This document shows, piece by piece, positions 1 through 12,864 of a stretch of 64,000 nt of DNA. The position numbers were made by a program, and so were the translations under genes. Location: assembly GCF_964194155.1 (NCBI RefSeq), contig NC_135893.1, forward strand, positions 22,320,001 to 22,384,000. Direction: 5' to 3'. The notes beneath the pieces were generated by a model. The model saw only the letters and a list, made by a program, of their open reading frames with translations. It searched no databases and was not told where the DNA came from. Numbering within the stretch: the first letter of the stretch is position 1; each line of letters begins with the position of its first letter. This DNA is from Cetorhinus maximus. Lineage: Eukaryota.

Positions 1-934
1 CTGTCAAGTTTGATTCCAGCACAGCGTGTGACCTGGTGCCGTTTCAATAAACTGCATTTGTTTCATCCCACACTGCATCGCAATATGTTAAAGGAGGATC
101 ATCCGAACTTGAGGCGCTGTCTCCTCAGCAGGCGTCCACATTTGCCGTCTAAGAGTTCAGTGCAGCAATGCCCTCCTTCCTACACACCCTGGTCGGTTAT
201 ATCATCTCCCACAGGTGAGCTGGACAAACTTGTCATCTCAGTGAGATGGATCATCTGATTGCGCCAGTGTTTTTTTTGGCGCCAAGAGGTCAGGTCAGTC
301 CGGAATGGATCGGGCAACCACGGAGCTACATCATGAGTCACCCACTGGGGACGTGACTCATAACATCGAACGAGTTTGGAGTTGTGCAGCAGCCAAAGTC
401 TTGGATAGTTTGGAAGTGCAGCTACACAACAGCAGCTCAACCCTTGATTTCAAGCCCAGTTTCAGAAAAACCAGGAGGCTTTTCTTCCTCTCTCTGTGCA
501 CAACATGGATGATCTGCCTTACACAACTTTGAGTTTCCTTATTTGGGTCCTGCAATCCCTTACCTTACAACCCAAGATCCAAGGCAGCATTGGCATGAGG
601 TGCTGCTCATGACCCCGATGGCCAACAATATCAGAAAGGGAGTTGAAAGGCTCCCTTGAAGGCAGCAGCAGCACCACCAACAACTTGTGCTCATGAAGTG
701 CCTTCCATGTAGAACAAAAAGTACCAAGTTCCTGGTCAAACCGAGGGTACCGAGCTAAAGGGGATATCAGGAGGCATGACCAAACCTTACTCAAAGATAC
801 GGGTTTGAAAGGAGAATCTTAAAATAATTTGTATTTCTATAGCACCTTTAACATCCACAGGAGACATACTAAATTTGACACCATTATTGGGGTGAAGAGG
901 GTGATGGGGTGATGTCCACAGGAAGTTTGCTTTT

Positions 935-1310
935 TTTAATTTGTTCATGGGATTAGGCGTCACCACAAGGCCTGCATTTTTTGCCCATCCCTAGTTGCCA
1001 TTGAGAAGGTGGTGGTGAGCCACTTTCTTGAACCACTGCAGTCCATTTGTTGTAGGTACACCCACGGTGCTGTTAAGAAGGGAGTGCCAGCATTTTGACC
1101 TAGCGACAGTGAAGGAACAACGATATATTTCCAAGTCAGGATAGTGTGTGGCTTGGGGGGGATCTTGCAGGTGATGGTGTTTCCATGCATCTGCTGCCCT
1201 TGTCCTTCTAGGTGATAAAGGTCACGGGTTTGGAAGATGCTGTTGGAGGAGCCTTGGTGAGTTTCAGCATTGCATCATGTAGATGGCACACTGCTGCCAC
1301 TGTGCATAGC
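935..1310 (-). mobile_element. 3' fragment of the same LINE family as 49325-51330
   Basis: Shared sequence TTGCCCATCCCTAGTTGCC...ATATTTCCAAGTCAG...CTGCTGCCCTTGTCCTTCTAG. Confidence 0.8.
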
Positions 1311-2031
1311 AGAGTAAACAGTAGTTTCCAAATCCGTCAACCCACCCAACACAAGCCCACCGTGCACATCATAAACTTACATTTATACAGCACCTTCCAT
1401 AGAGAGTATTTCAAGGTGCATAAACGGAAGTGAGCAGGACTAAAAGAGAGAGATTGTTAAAAGTTTTGTTGAAATGACCAGCTTTGAGAAGAAGATCTTT
1501 AAACATGGAAGAAGAAGCAGGGGAACAGACAGGTTCAGGGAGACTCCCAAAGGTGTCAGCGACAAATAGCCCATTGCTGCCATGTCGGAATCATCTCAGT
1601 TGGAAAACAAAGCACCAATCACAATGACTGGCCATGCGGTTTCTCCACCCCCCCCCCCCCCCCCACCCCCTTACTTTTGAATATATTTATTTTGCCTGTG
1701 TTTGCTGCCAATGCCGTACATGCACAGCCACCATCTTTATAGGGGGCAATGTGCATCAGGGCGCATACATGGTCATCACTGGCTCCGGAATTGCAAGTAC
1801 TACAGCCCTGGCAGTATCGAGCTAATGCTTTTTACTGTGCTTCATTTTTCACGGGGCTGCAAACAGAATTGTGGCTGTCACCGGGTGGATCAGCAGGGTC
1901 CCCTCCCTCACCACCCCGATCCCTGAGACTGCAGGGAGGGCGCAGACTGCCTGCCCGCCCGCTCGGCTGACCGCGGGGCTCAGGAAGCGCGGAATTGCTT
2001 GAAATTTCAGACCGGCCAGGCCTGCCCAGTG

Positions 2032-2243
2032 GTAAAAGCAAAATGCTGCCGATGCTGGAAATCTGAAACAAAAACAGGAAATGCCGGAAAAGCCCAGCAG
2101 GTCTGGCAGCATCTGTGGAGAGAGAAAAACAGGGTCCTTCTGAAGAAGGGTCATATGGACTGGAAACATTCACTGCTTCTCCCTCCGCAGACGCTGCCAG
2201 ACGTGCTGAGCTTTTCCAGCATTTTCTGTTTCTGTTCCAGATG
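2032..2243. mobile_element. Fold-back element of two inverted Penelope termini
   Basis: Inverted arms around CTGAAGAAGGGTCATATGGACTGGAAAC (2140-2167); degenerate TSD TGCCCAGTG 2023-2031 / TGCCCTGTG 2244-2252. Confidence 0.8.
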
Positions 2244-2588
2244 TGCCCTGTGCTGGTCGCGGGAAGTTGGAGCGCAATTTACTGAGTTCCGAGGGCTTGG
2301 TTGGCGTTAGCCTTTCCCCCCTGGTTATGTAACGTTTTGTGGTGTAAATCAAGATTGATATAAATCAAAATGATGTTTGTGGCGTAAACCAAGATTGGCA
2401 TCGCGAAGCTTCACTTCATCCACCACCCGCCGCCCCGGCCCAGCCCACCAAAGCGCGCACACACACTCACACATCTACGTCATCAGATTCCGCACATGCG
2501 CGGACTGGTAAGGGCGGCCATCTTGTGATGGCTGTGAAACGGTGATTTCTGCGCACATTTCCGTTCAGATACCGTTTCCCAGTTGATT

Positions 2589-2778
2589 GGGCGGGAGGGG
2601 AGGCGGGAGGAATGGGGGCGGGGAGGCGGGAGGAATAGGGGCGGGGAGGCGGGAGGAATGGAGGCGGGGAGGCGGGAGGAATAGGGGCGGGGAGGCGGGA
2701 GGAATGGGGGCGGGGAGGCGGGAGGAATAGGGGCGGGGAGGCGGGAGGAATGGGGGCGGGGAGGCGGGAGGAATAGGG
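2589..2778. repeat. G-rich 23-bp tandem repeat, 8 copies
   Basis: GGAAT(G/A)GGGGCGGGGAGGCGGGA units every 23 nt. Confidence 0.95.
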
Positions 2779-3480
2779 AAGGTGCCGCCATGTTTCTCCT
2801 CACTGGCCTCGGCGAACAAGCAAGAGAGTAAACGCAGATGACCTCAACTCTCAGTAATCCCTCCATGTGGGAGGGCCAGAGACACAAAGGGTCGTCTTTA
2901 GGTACAACTGTGAATACTGTTCATTTTGAAGAACTAAATTCAGCCTGACTTGGATTGTTGTTGGAACAACTCCTGTCAGTCATATTGTAACAAACTCCAC
3001 TCAAAGCTGTGCTTCTGCACCTCCTCGTCCTGTAAAGATAAAAGCATCTGATGGCATCAAAATGCAGATGGATGCCTGCCACTGTGCTGTGGGATGGTGG
3101 AACGAGGTTTGGAGCATTACAGCAGTGCATCTTTGACACAGTCACCATATTTTTATTTCTGTAGGTTTTGCATTGCTTTTGTTGTATAGCTTTGTCTCTA
3201 TTTTATCTGCATCTGTTACTTCACATTTATATATCCTACATTGAATTCACCAGAATTGCTGTCCCTTATTCAGTGTAGGTAGTAAACACACCCATGGTAT
3301 CAACACTTCACCCGCTCAGGGCCTTCAAGTTTGCAATGTCCTACAATTCATTTCAAATCCTACCTTTCGTAAATATGGCACCGCCTGATCACAGTTTCCT
3401 GGTTGATCTTCTCGCCTCTCCTACTCTTTTCAAATCCCTGCACTCTACCTTCACCTTAGGTGTCTCAATGAGGTTGTCTG

Positions 3481-3849
3481 TAGTGGGTTGCCAACCCTCC
3501 AGGATTGGCCTGGAGTCCCCGCGAATTGAAGATCAATCTCCAAGACACTACCCTGTGCAAGCCCTGGAGAAAAATCATTGGGACATTGAAAAAGATTGTT
3601 TTTTTTAAATGTTCTTTGAACATTTCTCTTTACCAGATATAATAATATTTAAAATGGGGGGGAGGGGAGGCTGTTTGGCAGAGAGTCAAGCATCATCCAA
3701 TTGGGTATTGAGTGTTTTTTGCTTCCAATTGGCGTAGGAAGGCAGTACGTCAGAAGGATGGATGTGTTGGCCAACTAATGGCTGGAGTGTGGAGGCAAGT
3801 CATGTGATGAAACCTCCAAGAATACATTTAATCGCAGTTGGCAACGCTA
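3481..3849. mobile_element. Non-autonomous hAT-type DNA transposon (MITE)
   Basis: TIRs TAGTGGGTTGCCAAC ... GTTGGCAACGCTA; 8-bp TSD GTTGTCTG (3473-3480) / GTTATCTG (3850-3857); 8-bp TSD is typical of hAT. Confidence 0.75.
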
Positions 3850-4599
3850 GTTATCTGACAGTTTATACAGAGCTGCTGCTCCATGCAGCCTTTCCCATAC
3901 TGTTGTGACGCCCTCGTATAACACAAAACATACACTTCCCACCCCAGCAGGTAATTTCCTGGGAAAGGTACCAAAAACATGGGGAAGAAAACAGCCCGAC
4001 TAGGGGGGAAACATTCCTCCCAAATCTTCCGAGGGCGATCGAAACCTATTCACTCTTGGCGCTATTCAACGCTGGTGTGTGGATCTCCCACTTTCCTCAG
4101 CAAAGGCAGCTTTGTGGGCTCTCTGAATAAGCAGAGCCACGAAAGGAGGTTCTGCGGGAGAGAAAACATGAGAAGGCAGAGGGAAAGTCACCGAATGACT
4201 TCATCAGCCTGAATCCTTACCAGAAGAATTGCAATTCATAAGAAATAAAAATTGTGGATCTAAAACCATTGCCAAAAAGGTTTAGAGGGGAGATGGAGAA
4301 TTGTTTTGGGAGAGGGGGCTGTCCGAATGAGAAATGTTTCACCTGATAAAAGGCGGTGGGAGTTGTTTTAAAATGGAGCTGGGCAGGAACTTGAGAATGA
4401 GGAATTTACAAGGTCACCGACAAAAATGCGGGGAGGTGGGACTTAAGCACAACTGGTCTTTCAGAGGGCTAGCAGTGGCGCGACGGGTCGAATGGCCTCT
4501 TTGTGCGCTGTGAAGTTCCCCTGATTCTCCTGTCCAGGCGGCAGCACTGGTTCGGGAAGGCAGTTCCCCAACTCGAGATGTGTTGACTCATCTATCTTC

Positions 4600-7500
4600 C
4601 CGCCATTGGAAAGACTCCACGAAGATCATCCCTTCCCCACCCCCGCGGCAACAGTAATTGTCCAACGTTGCGCCCGAGTGTCTCATCGCTTCCCTGAGGA
4701 ATGAGAATTACAATGAAAAGGGGGGCGAGGGGTACTCTTGTATAGAGGAGCGACACCAGGGCATTAGTTGTGAGGATCTCCTTGCCTATTAAAAGCGAAT
4801 GGGTATGGGTGATGCCGGAAGACTGTGGCACTATCACATTTGTGATCAGTTTGAAGGTGAGCTCATCCTTTCCACACGCGGCTGTGTTGCACACTCGAGA
4901 TGGTTTCGTTACTGAAATCTGCACTGAAAACTGCTGAGAATAAATAAGTCCGAAGACGGACAATAAAACCAGAGGCCAGCAGAGGGCCTCAGTCAGGCTT
5001 CAAACTTGAAAGAAATGGCCTCAAAAAAAAAACTCCTCCAAATCTCAGGGCCGCTGCAAAGATAAAGCAGCTTTGAGTTTTAACATGCCGCCAGACAAGC
5101 GAGACTTAGACTTGAAACAATTCCTACGTTATTGGAAATTTTTTTAAAAACCATTGTGTGCCGCTTAAAAAAAAAAGCAATAGTGCGCGAGGACGGGAAT
5201 TCTTAGAAAAAGCCCCTAACATAAAAAACAAAAGCGTGAAGCACTTTCGGATTTGGCAAAGTGGCAGGAAAGATCAGAGCTGGCTTTAAAGCGGTGAAGA
5301 AAATGGTTCAAATGTGTTGACCCAGCTGAGGTGTTTGAATGTTTATTTATTGGTCTCAGAACAGGCTGGGGAATCGAAGCCAAAATGATGAGACGCTCAC
5401 ACGTATGGGTGGGCCAGGATTATTGGAGATATGGGGCTGGATGGTAATTTTTAACATTAAAAAACCAGGTCAAAAGCAGCCCGGCACCATTGGTACAATG
5501 CGCTTCTTCCTGTTGGCCGCCTGTCTTTTTAAAACTGAATGTCGACTCCATGTAACAAGAGAGCTTTGGAGATTCCTGTCAGATGTGAATGGACTGTTTT
5601 TAACCCAGAGGGTAAATAAATCCCGCTCAATTTTTAAGGGTTCACCACTAACAAAAAAACCTTTAGTTTTTACACCCGATTATTAAAATAACAAAACCTG
5701 GATTGCTGAAACAGGCAATCTGGCCACATCCATCCAGACCACTCAACCCGGGCAGGGGCAGGTGTCCAGAGGGCCGCACCAACACCCCAGGGGTATGAGG
5801 TGAGTGAAAAAGGGGGGGGGGGGGGGGGGGTGGTGAAGAGGTGTAAACCAGACATTGAAAGGAACTGCGGCTTCTCACACACACTCACACTCAGAAGCTC
5901 ACTGGGGCTAGGGAGGGACAGACAGCGTTCGGGGCAACTGGGGGCGAACTGACCACACGCTCCCCAGCCCAGGAGGAGGAGGGGGGGTGGGGGTTGGGGT
6001 TGGGGGTGCCGGAGCTCAGTCACGGGGGAAGGTTAAAAAAGAATCGGTGTGTAAACAGAGCCCGTAAGAGACTAAATGAACGGTTACAAAGAACTTTGTG
6101 GCCCTGTACAACCCGGGCTCTTTCACAGTCACGTTTAAACCGCTTCCAACAGACAGTTTCACAAATCCCCAAGGTTGTCCTCAGAAGGGACCGAGGTAAA
6201 AATCGAGCCCGAATTAGACACTGCGTTTGCGCCAACCACATCAGACACTTTCCCGGGACTGGGATAACCCCTTCGGGGCAGCAGTTCATCCGTCGGGACA
6301 GGAGGATTGTTCTTTTTAATGAAAATCCCCTGCAGCGAAACGTACTTTTAACAAACCCGAAATGTACAGACATAAAAGTCAGCTTTGAACCGCGCTCTGT
6401 AAACGCAGCACAGGTTTAACCCTGGAGACAGGTCGTAGCTGCTTAAATCCTCCCTTCAAGTTTTACATAATTTGAGATTTCAAACACGAAAGAGGAATTC
6501 TAACTACAAAAAAAATGTCCCGGTGATAGAAAGGAAAATGTTCGTAAAGAGAGAGAGAGAGAGAGAAAGCACAATTCGAATTAAATTAAATCTAAATAAA
6601 CGATTGTGGAAGGAAATGGTGGGCGAGGGGAGGTTTGAAGGAGAATTAAGATCTTGACTTAAGAGGCAAACCTGATGCCTGGAGTTTTACACTTTCACAT
6701 CAGAAAGTGAGGTTGCTCGCGAGAAACTGAACCACACGGCAAGACGCAGAAATATAATTGCACCATTCTGTAACACAGCAGAAAGTGTCAAAAACAACAG
6801 CATCCAGGAGCTTTCAAATCTGTTTGAAACTGCAGCGGGTCAGAAAAGGGCGCTTTTCTGCCCCTTGCGAAATCCACATTGAACTTATTAGAGGTGAAAA
6901 TGTATTCCCCGAATTGAAACCTCGGTTTTATTGAAATATTCGGGGATTCTTTGATCAGTTTAATCTCGGGTCTGGAACAGTTTAGTTCTGAGGACAGAGT
7001 CCGAGTGAAGTCCCGGGTTTCTGCCGCCGGAAGCCCTCTGGGGGTGGGGGAGTGGGGACCCTGCTTACTGTCTGCTCTGAATTTCTCTCCTTTTAAAGCC
7101 CAGGTTCCTCCTGCACCCCCAATAGTTTCCCTCTCCGAAACTCTCCCCCCCTCAAAACTCGCCTCTCCCGGGGCTGTTAGCGGCTCTAAAGCCGTTCCAG
7201 AGTCGGGGTGGTAGGGGGAATCGACCCATGGGACGGTCGCCCATCCAACAGCCCGGGGGGGTCCGGAGCTCGGGAGAGCCTCAGCCCCCTCCCCTCCCAG
7301 CCCCTAGCGCCCACCCCGCTCAGATCCCGATACCGACTGGGTGCTCCAGCTTCAACCGGGTCCCCACAGGTCTGGGTCCCGCCAGCTCCCGCTACAACAA
7401 AGCCCTGAATGCCCCCCCTCCCAGCCCCGACCCCCACCCCACATACCCCCTTAGCCGCTGCTCCAAGTCCCCGTACCCTCCGGCCCTCCCGTTAAGAAAC

Positions 7501-10500
7501 AGCCGCGATCCAAGCGGAGACTCACCGGCCGCTCGCCTGCCGCTTCTCACCGTCTCCAGTGACTGGGATTCGGGGGTGGGTGCTGGTTGGGGGTGGAGAG
7601 GAGGTGGTGGGGGTGGGGGGGGGGGGGGTTGCTTGGAGCCCCAGCAGGAAAGCCAGTCCTTTGAGGGGTGTGAGAGCCGCTCTCTGAACCAGATTTTTCC
7701 TTTCAATCAATTACATTTTCTCGACAGTTAATTTACCTTCTCATCAGCAAAACTTTGTCCAGTGTTGGGGTGTCTCTGATTAAATAGGTGAAAAACTCCT
7801 TTATAGATATATATATATATATATGGACAGTTTCTACAGAAGGGGGAGGAGGGTTGGTTTGGGCACATCAGAAACACGCTGCTCTCTATCTTAGGCTCAA
7901 ACGACAAAATCGGCAAAGTTTTGAATAAAACTCTCTGAGGTGTGAGGCCAGAGCCGCGCTGGTTACACAAGTTGGTTTCAGTCAAGGGACATTTACTCGT
8001 TCCCTGAATGTACCTGAGCCGGGGAAAGGGTCCGGTAGTTGGTGGGACACCTGCATTTAACCTTCCTCCCTGCTCCGAATTCAAACAGATATTCGGCTCT
8101 TCGGGGCATTAATCCGTCCACTTGTCAAATAGGCTTTAGGTGGCGTCTCATCCAGCGTTTACCAAAGGATGGCACCTTTTATTAAGCGATCAGTGCCAAC
8201 CAGGGTGGCACCCCCCGCCCTCCCTGAATCAACGGAGCCCAGTTTAAAAACAGAATGGGCACCGCTGCTTCAGGGCGTTGGAGAGGCCACGGGATGCAAT
8301 AAGATGCAAAAGAGGTGGAGGCCGCCATTTCCGAGCAGGGGAGTTCCCGATCTCAGTCGCGCCGTCAACAACAGCGGGTGGAGATTCAGCGGGAAAGAAA
8401 TGTCAGGAAGTCACAGGTGTGGAGCTCCTACAGCCTGGGTGACCAAGTATCTCTGATAGACTCCTCACCTAGGCATTTCTCAGCTGGTCTGGGATAAAGG
8501 GAATGGAGGAGGGGAGGGGTGGTACTGTGAGAGGACTAATAACAATTTAACCGATACATAACAACCCCTAAATTCACACCTTAGGAGTTTTTTTAACAAA
8601 AATATGTGAACGATTATGTTCAAAGTAGGACATGTTGGTGGTGGAGAATGGCATAATGTCCATTTCTGATAACATTGTTAGCATCAGGCACTCCTAGATC
8701 AGGCCCAGAGTAAAGCCCCCTCTGCACTGGCCGATCAATTTGACTCGGAAAAATGCCCCCTAATGCACCAGCGTGACAACGTCTAGTTCCTACACTAGTC
8801 ATCATGCGAGATAGCCCCTTAACACTGAACTGTCTTCAGTCTTGTGTTGTAGGTCCACATCTACTAGGATTGGGTTGAGATGAGATCCGGACGGCGGCGA
8901 ACAGAGCGGGTTTTCGACAAGTCAGGGCTGGATTTGAAGCCAAATGCCCGAAATTAAAAATTCACCGGGAGGCGGGATAACATTATCCCCAAATTATCTA
9001 TACTAACTGGAGTCTGATGGAACCCCATAAACCGAGGTTTCGAAATAAAAACTCTCAAGACATTTCTAGGTAAATTATTTCCCTGCTGTCGTATCAATCC
9101 GTCATTTTCAGATACCTTCCCGTACCGATGATTCTTGAAGCCCATCGATCTTTTGCGGCAAGAAATGGCTCCTTTCACCGTCCGTGTGGAGTAAGATTAA
9201 AAAGGATCAGATCATTTTGGCCCTTTCTCCTTCGGTCCTCTGCCCTGGCTCCTTTGTAACTTCTCCAACACAACCCTCCAGATGTAAACGCCAAGTGTGT
9301 GACATGTGAAGCAGAAGAGGATTAAGAATTCTTGGAAGTTGGTGGTTCTGCAATTCGCTAAAGGAGAGGGGGAGGGGGGAGGGGAGCCATTCCTGGATGA
9401 ATCCTATTGGAAAATGTGCATACTGTGGGAGTTGTGGTGCTCTCCCCTGGCCGGTGTATGAAGGACAGTTAAGCCGGCAACAGGAGCTGCTGACACTCGC
9501 CCGCGAGTCTCCGCTCAGAGACAGCGGCCGAGCAAAGAAAGGAAGCGGGGCAAACTGGGAACACGACTTTTTACCTGTGTTTTCGAAACAAAGTCCTTGA
9601 TTGTCCTTTCCTCGGGGAGTTTGACGGTGCCGAACGATTTCTCCTTGAAAACGCATTAAGGTGTTTCCAGCTTGTTTGAATCGAGCCCTTTCCTGGTGCT
9701 GAGGGATGCCGTAGAGACTGTGTAATCCAGAGTGGCTTTCAGCAGATATAACAAGGAAATCAGCAGTCTAACCGCGCCGTGTTAAACTGGAACACGCTTT
9801 TATATTCTGCTGCACTCCATCTGGCCTTGGTTGCTTGAAACTTACTTGCAGTGGGTGGTGCTCAGGGTTACTTTGTGACAGATATAACAAGTCTGAGAGG
9901 TATTACCAATCCCTGATGTGATAGCAGCAACCCCCCACCACCCCCCCAACCCCTCTCCGTACTCCCCTCTCCTCAGGACTGTGTACAATCTGAATGGGTT
10001 TGTCAAAGCAGGCCGGATTATTAAAAGTGGAACAGCTGCAAGGAGCGGAAACGCGCCCTGGAGGAAATGCGAGGTCCGGGAGCAGTCCTGATCCTCACCG
10101 TTGGAATGTGCACTGGAGCCGGCCGCTTTGATATCAGCTCCCGGCCTAATCCTCACCACCGCCTTAATGCAGCCTCGGTCTACATGTCATCTAGAAAGTT
10201 AATGGTTTTAGCATTTCACAACTTGATCTTACAGGAAGAATCGCTGTTTAACGACCGATGTGGTTTGTTATATTGTTCCCCTCCAAAATAAAAGGCCACA
10301 GTAACTGCACGGTAACCACATTGTAGCACTGTGAAAAATACCATGCGCAATCCCTCCTTTTGTAAATAAGGTTTTGTTTTTTTAGCAAGAAGCTTGTTAG
10401 TGCTGGGGTAATGGATGCATTTTACATTTCAGGAACGCGGCAGTAATCTACAGGGCAGGTAACTGTAAATCAGGAGTTATTGAAACTCCCTTTACACTTC

Positions 10501-10600
10501 CCCCATCAAGCACTTCGATATTTCGTCCCAATCTGGGACACAAACTGCCGGATTCGATAGATGTTAAGAGTCTATTGTGCTCTTTTGAAGAGAGAGACGT
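4600..10600. promoter_or_regulatory. Extended CpG-retaining, transposon-poor regulatory domain
   Basis: Many CpGs with GC-rich cores at ~5700-6400, ~6950-7700, ~9450-9700, ~10000-10180; few recognisable LINE/SINE copies compared with the rest of the window. Confidence 0.55.
7526..7770 (-). other. Candidate non-coding first exon of the downstream gene (possibly NBL1/DAN); start coordinate approximate
   Basis: Strong donor CCG|GTGAGT (7525-7520) inside a GC/CpG-rich island, TATAAA on - strand at 7800-7805; NBL1 follows MICOS10 on the same strand in human (recalled). No NBL1 coding sequence seen in window. Confidence 0.45.
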
Positions 10601-10649
10601 TGTCCAGGACGCTATCTCTCCTCAGTCAAAACAGATGAACTGATCATTT

Positions 10650-11510
10650 TACAATAACAGCTCCGCGTTCACATAACACCCCGTTAACCTGAGAAAATGT
10701 CCTGCGGTGTTTCACCAACAGATGTAAGCAAAAACAAGCTGGGCTGGAAGCGAGAGCTTAGAAGAGGTGACCAAAAAGTTTAGGCGAAGGAATGGGCCTT
10801 GAGGGTGTTTTTGCAGGTGGGGAGAGAGGTGTCCAGGTGAAAAGATCTGGAGACGGAGTCAAAGCCCAGGACAAAGGTTGCTGAATGCTTTGCTACGAAT
10901 GGCTAGGTAAAGGAAGAAGGGATGCAGGATCCGGTATAGGGAGGAAAAGCTTTTCAAGGGGGATTATGGAACTAGAGGAGATGGCAGACAGGGCGGAGCA
11001 AAGCTTTGTGGCAAGATTTCTTAACCAGGACAAGAACTTTAAGTGTGATACATTGGGGAACACCAGGGGTTTCCGGTGGGACAGAATGTGTGTGGTAGAG
11101 TTGGTGACGGGAGGCCAGTGAGGGGATGATTGGTGTTGTCAAGCCCAGAGATGACAATGGGGTTTTAGCAGTGGAAGGGATGGGTGGTGAAGGTGGGTCG
11201 TGGCGTTCAGGTGGACGTAAGCGGTTTTGATGATGGATAACTGAGGCGCCAGGAGCTCAAGCTTGGGTTGAGCCTGGCGCTGAGATTACGAACCGTCCGC
11301 TTCAACCTGAGAGAGCAGGGAAGAGAGTGGAGCCGATGGCGGAGGTCGAAGGAAATGACTTTGAACGTCCAAAGTCGAGCTGGAGGAAGCTATGGCTTTT
11401 CCAGGATGCTGCCGGACAGAAGGTGCAACGCCATGGAGATAGTCGAGGGATCAAATGATGTGAGGAGGGAACGCAGCTGAATATCATAGGCAGGCATGTG
11501 AAAACTGGCC
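10650..11510 (-). mobile_element. Old L2-like LINE fragments
   Basis: LLTSFDPSTISMALHLLS remnant and purine-rich + strand 3' region shared with 38660-39190, 41250-41500 and (inverted) 46930-47245. Confidence 0.5.
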
Positions 11511-12864
11511 TTATGCAGGCAGCTGAATCTGTCCAGGGACAAAAGAAAAAGGTAAGGGGATAACCCTGGGGGAGTTCTGCTACTGATAACGCAGGAAGAA
11601 GCCACAAACAGCAATGAGGTTAAAAATAGCTGCTTTTGCCTACATGTCTCTGCACTCCAAATCATTTAAAACCCCGCCATTTGCGGGGGCTATTTTCTTG
11701 GGAAAACTTCGCAAATGTCGAATTCGCAAACGTATCTTATAACGGGAGTCAGTTAGGTAGGTTCCATCCATTCAGAACAATTGATACGTTTATATACAAT
11801 AAAAACAAAGTTTTAAATAAATATAAAGGTGTCCTGTTTAACAAAATAAGAAATATATATTAGACATATTAGTATGTATTAGGCCTTCTTCACCGTCACC
11901 AGTAGTACCAGCAGTAATTCCTTTACTACTTTTTAATGTGCTGGTACAATTCAAGCGCCTTGTTTCTAATAATTGGGCCATTAACAGGGTTTTTTTTTTG
12001 ATGCTGTTGCTCTACCCACACATTAAGTAACTTCTCCATTTCTTCCAAGTGTGGATCTCTCCTACTTACAAAAGTTAACCTGGCAGGAGGACTACACTAA
12101 AATTGGCCCTAACTTTATCTTCAGACTGTCTAATGTACCCACTTGTAGATCCATTAACAGTGTTCTCTGGCCATCGCGGTAGCACCTGTTTTTCAGCCAG
12201 CAAGTGTCATCGCTTTTCTAGGATGTTTGCTGCTTGGTTCAGATTCACTCAATATTCAGTAATAGTGACTTAAAGATTGCCCAGATGCTGCACTATAGAC
12301 AAAAAGGAAATTGTAACAACTGTGAACGCCCACGTGCAAACACTCCAGTAAGCAACATAGCAGACGACGCATGAGCAGTGTGCATCTCCTAGCCCAGCAA
12401 ATGCGGGATGGACACCTTCCATATGGTATTTTTCAGATTCATTTAGGTGCTTTTTCTATTTTATAACATTTTCTCCAGTTTTTCTTCTAGCCTTTTTCTC
12501 TGAAAACTGTAGATAAACGAACATTGGACCCACAATTGGCAAAATAAACAAATTTGCCAATGGCAAAGACCCAAATGGCAGGATTTTACTGTATGTGAAA
12601 CACTGTGCCATGAGAGATTTGATAAGGTACTGTATAAATGTCAAGGTTTTTTCATGAAATATATTCCAGATCTCACTGCGATATGTCAATTGAAAACAGC
12701 CAGCATGCACAGAAAGTACATGTGAACATTGGATGAGGGCAGATTTTGGCTAAACTTTGGTGCTATCCACAGTCAAATAGGCTTCTCAATAAAAGAAAAT
12801 GGCAAGTTACTGGACCATCTCTCATCAAACTCTAACCCAGCCTTCAGAAGAGGAGAAATTAAGA

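Noticed and set aside
2483-2887. Proline-rich ORFs on the - strand
   Set aside because: By-product of the 23-bp G-rich repeat; the same peptide recurs in several frames.
5663-7731. Overlapping 100-167 aa ORFs on both strands
   Set aside because: GC-rich, stop-poor CpG-island sequence; low-complexity peptides without recognisable domains (no DAN cystine knot).
10433-10458. Possible + strand 26-nt micro-exon (TTTCAG...CAG|GTAACT)
   Set aside because: Such splice-like pairs occur by chance; no partner exons identified.
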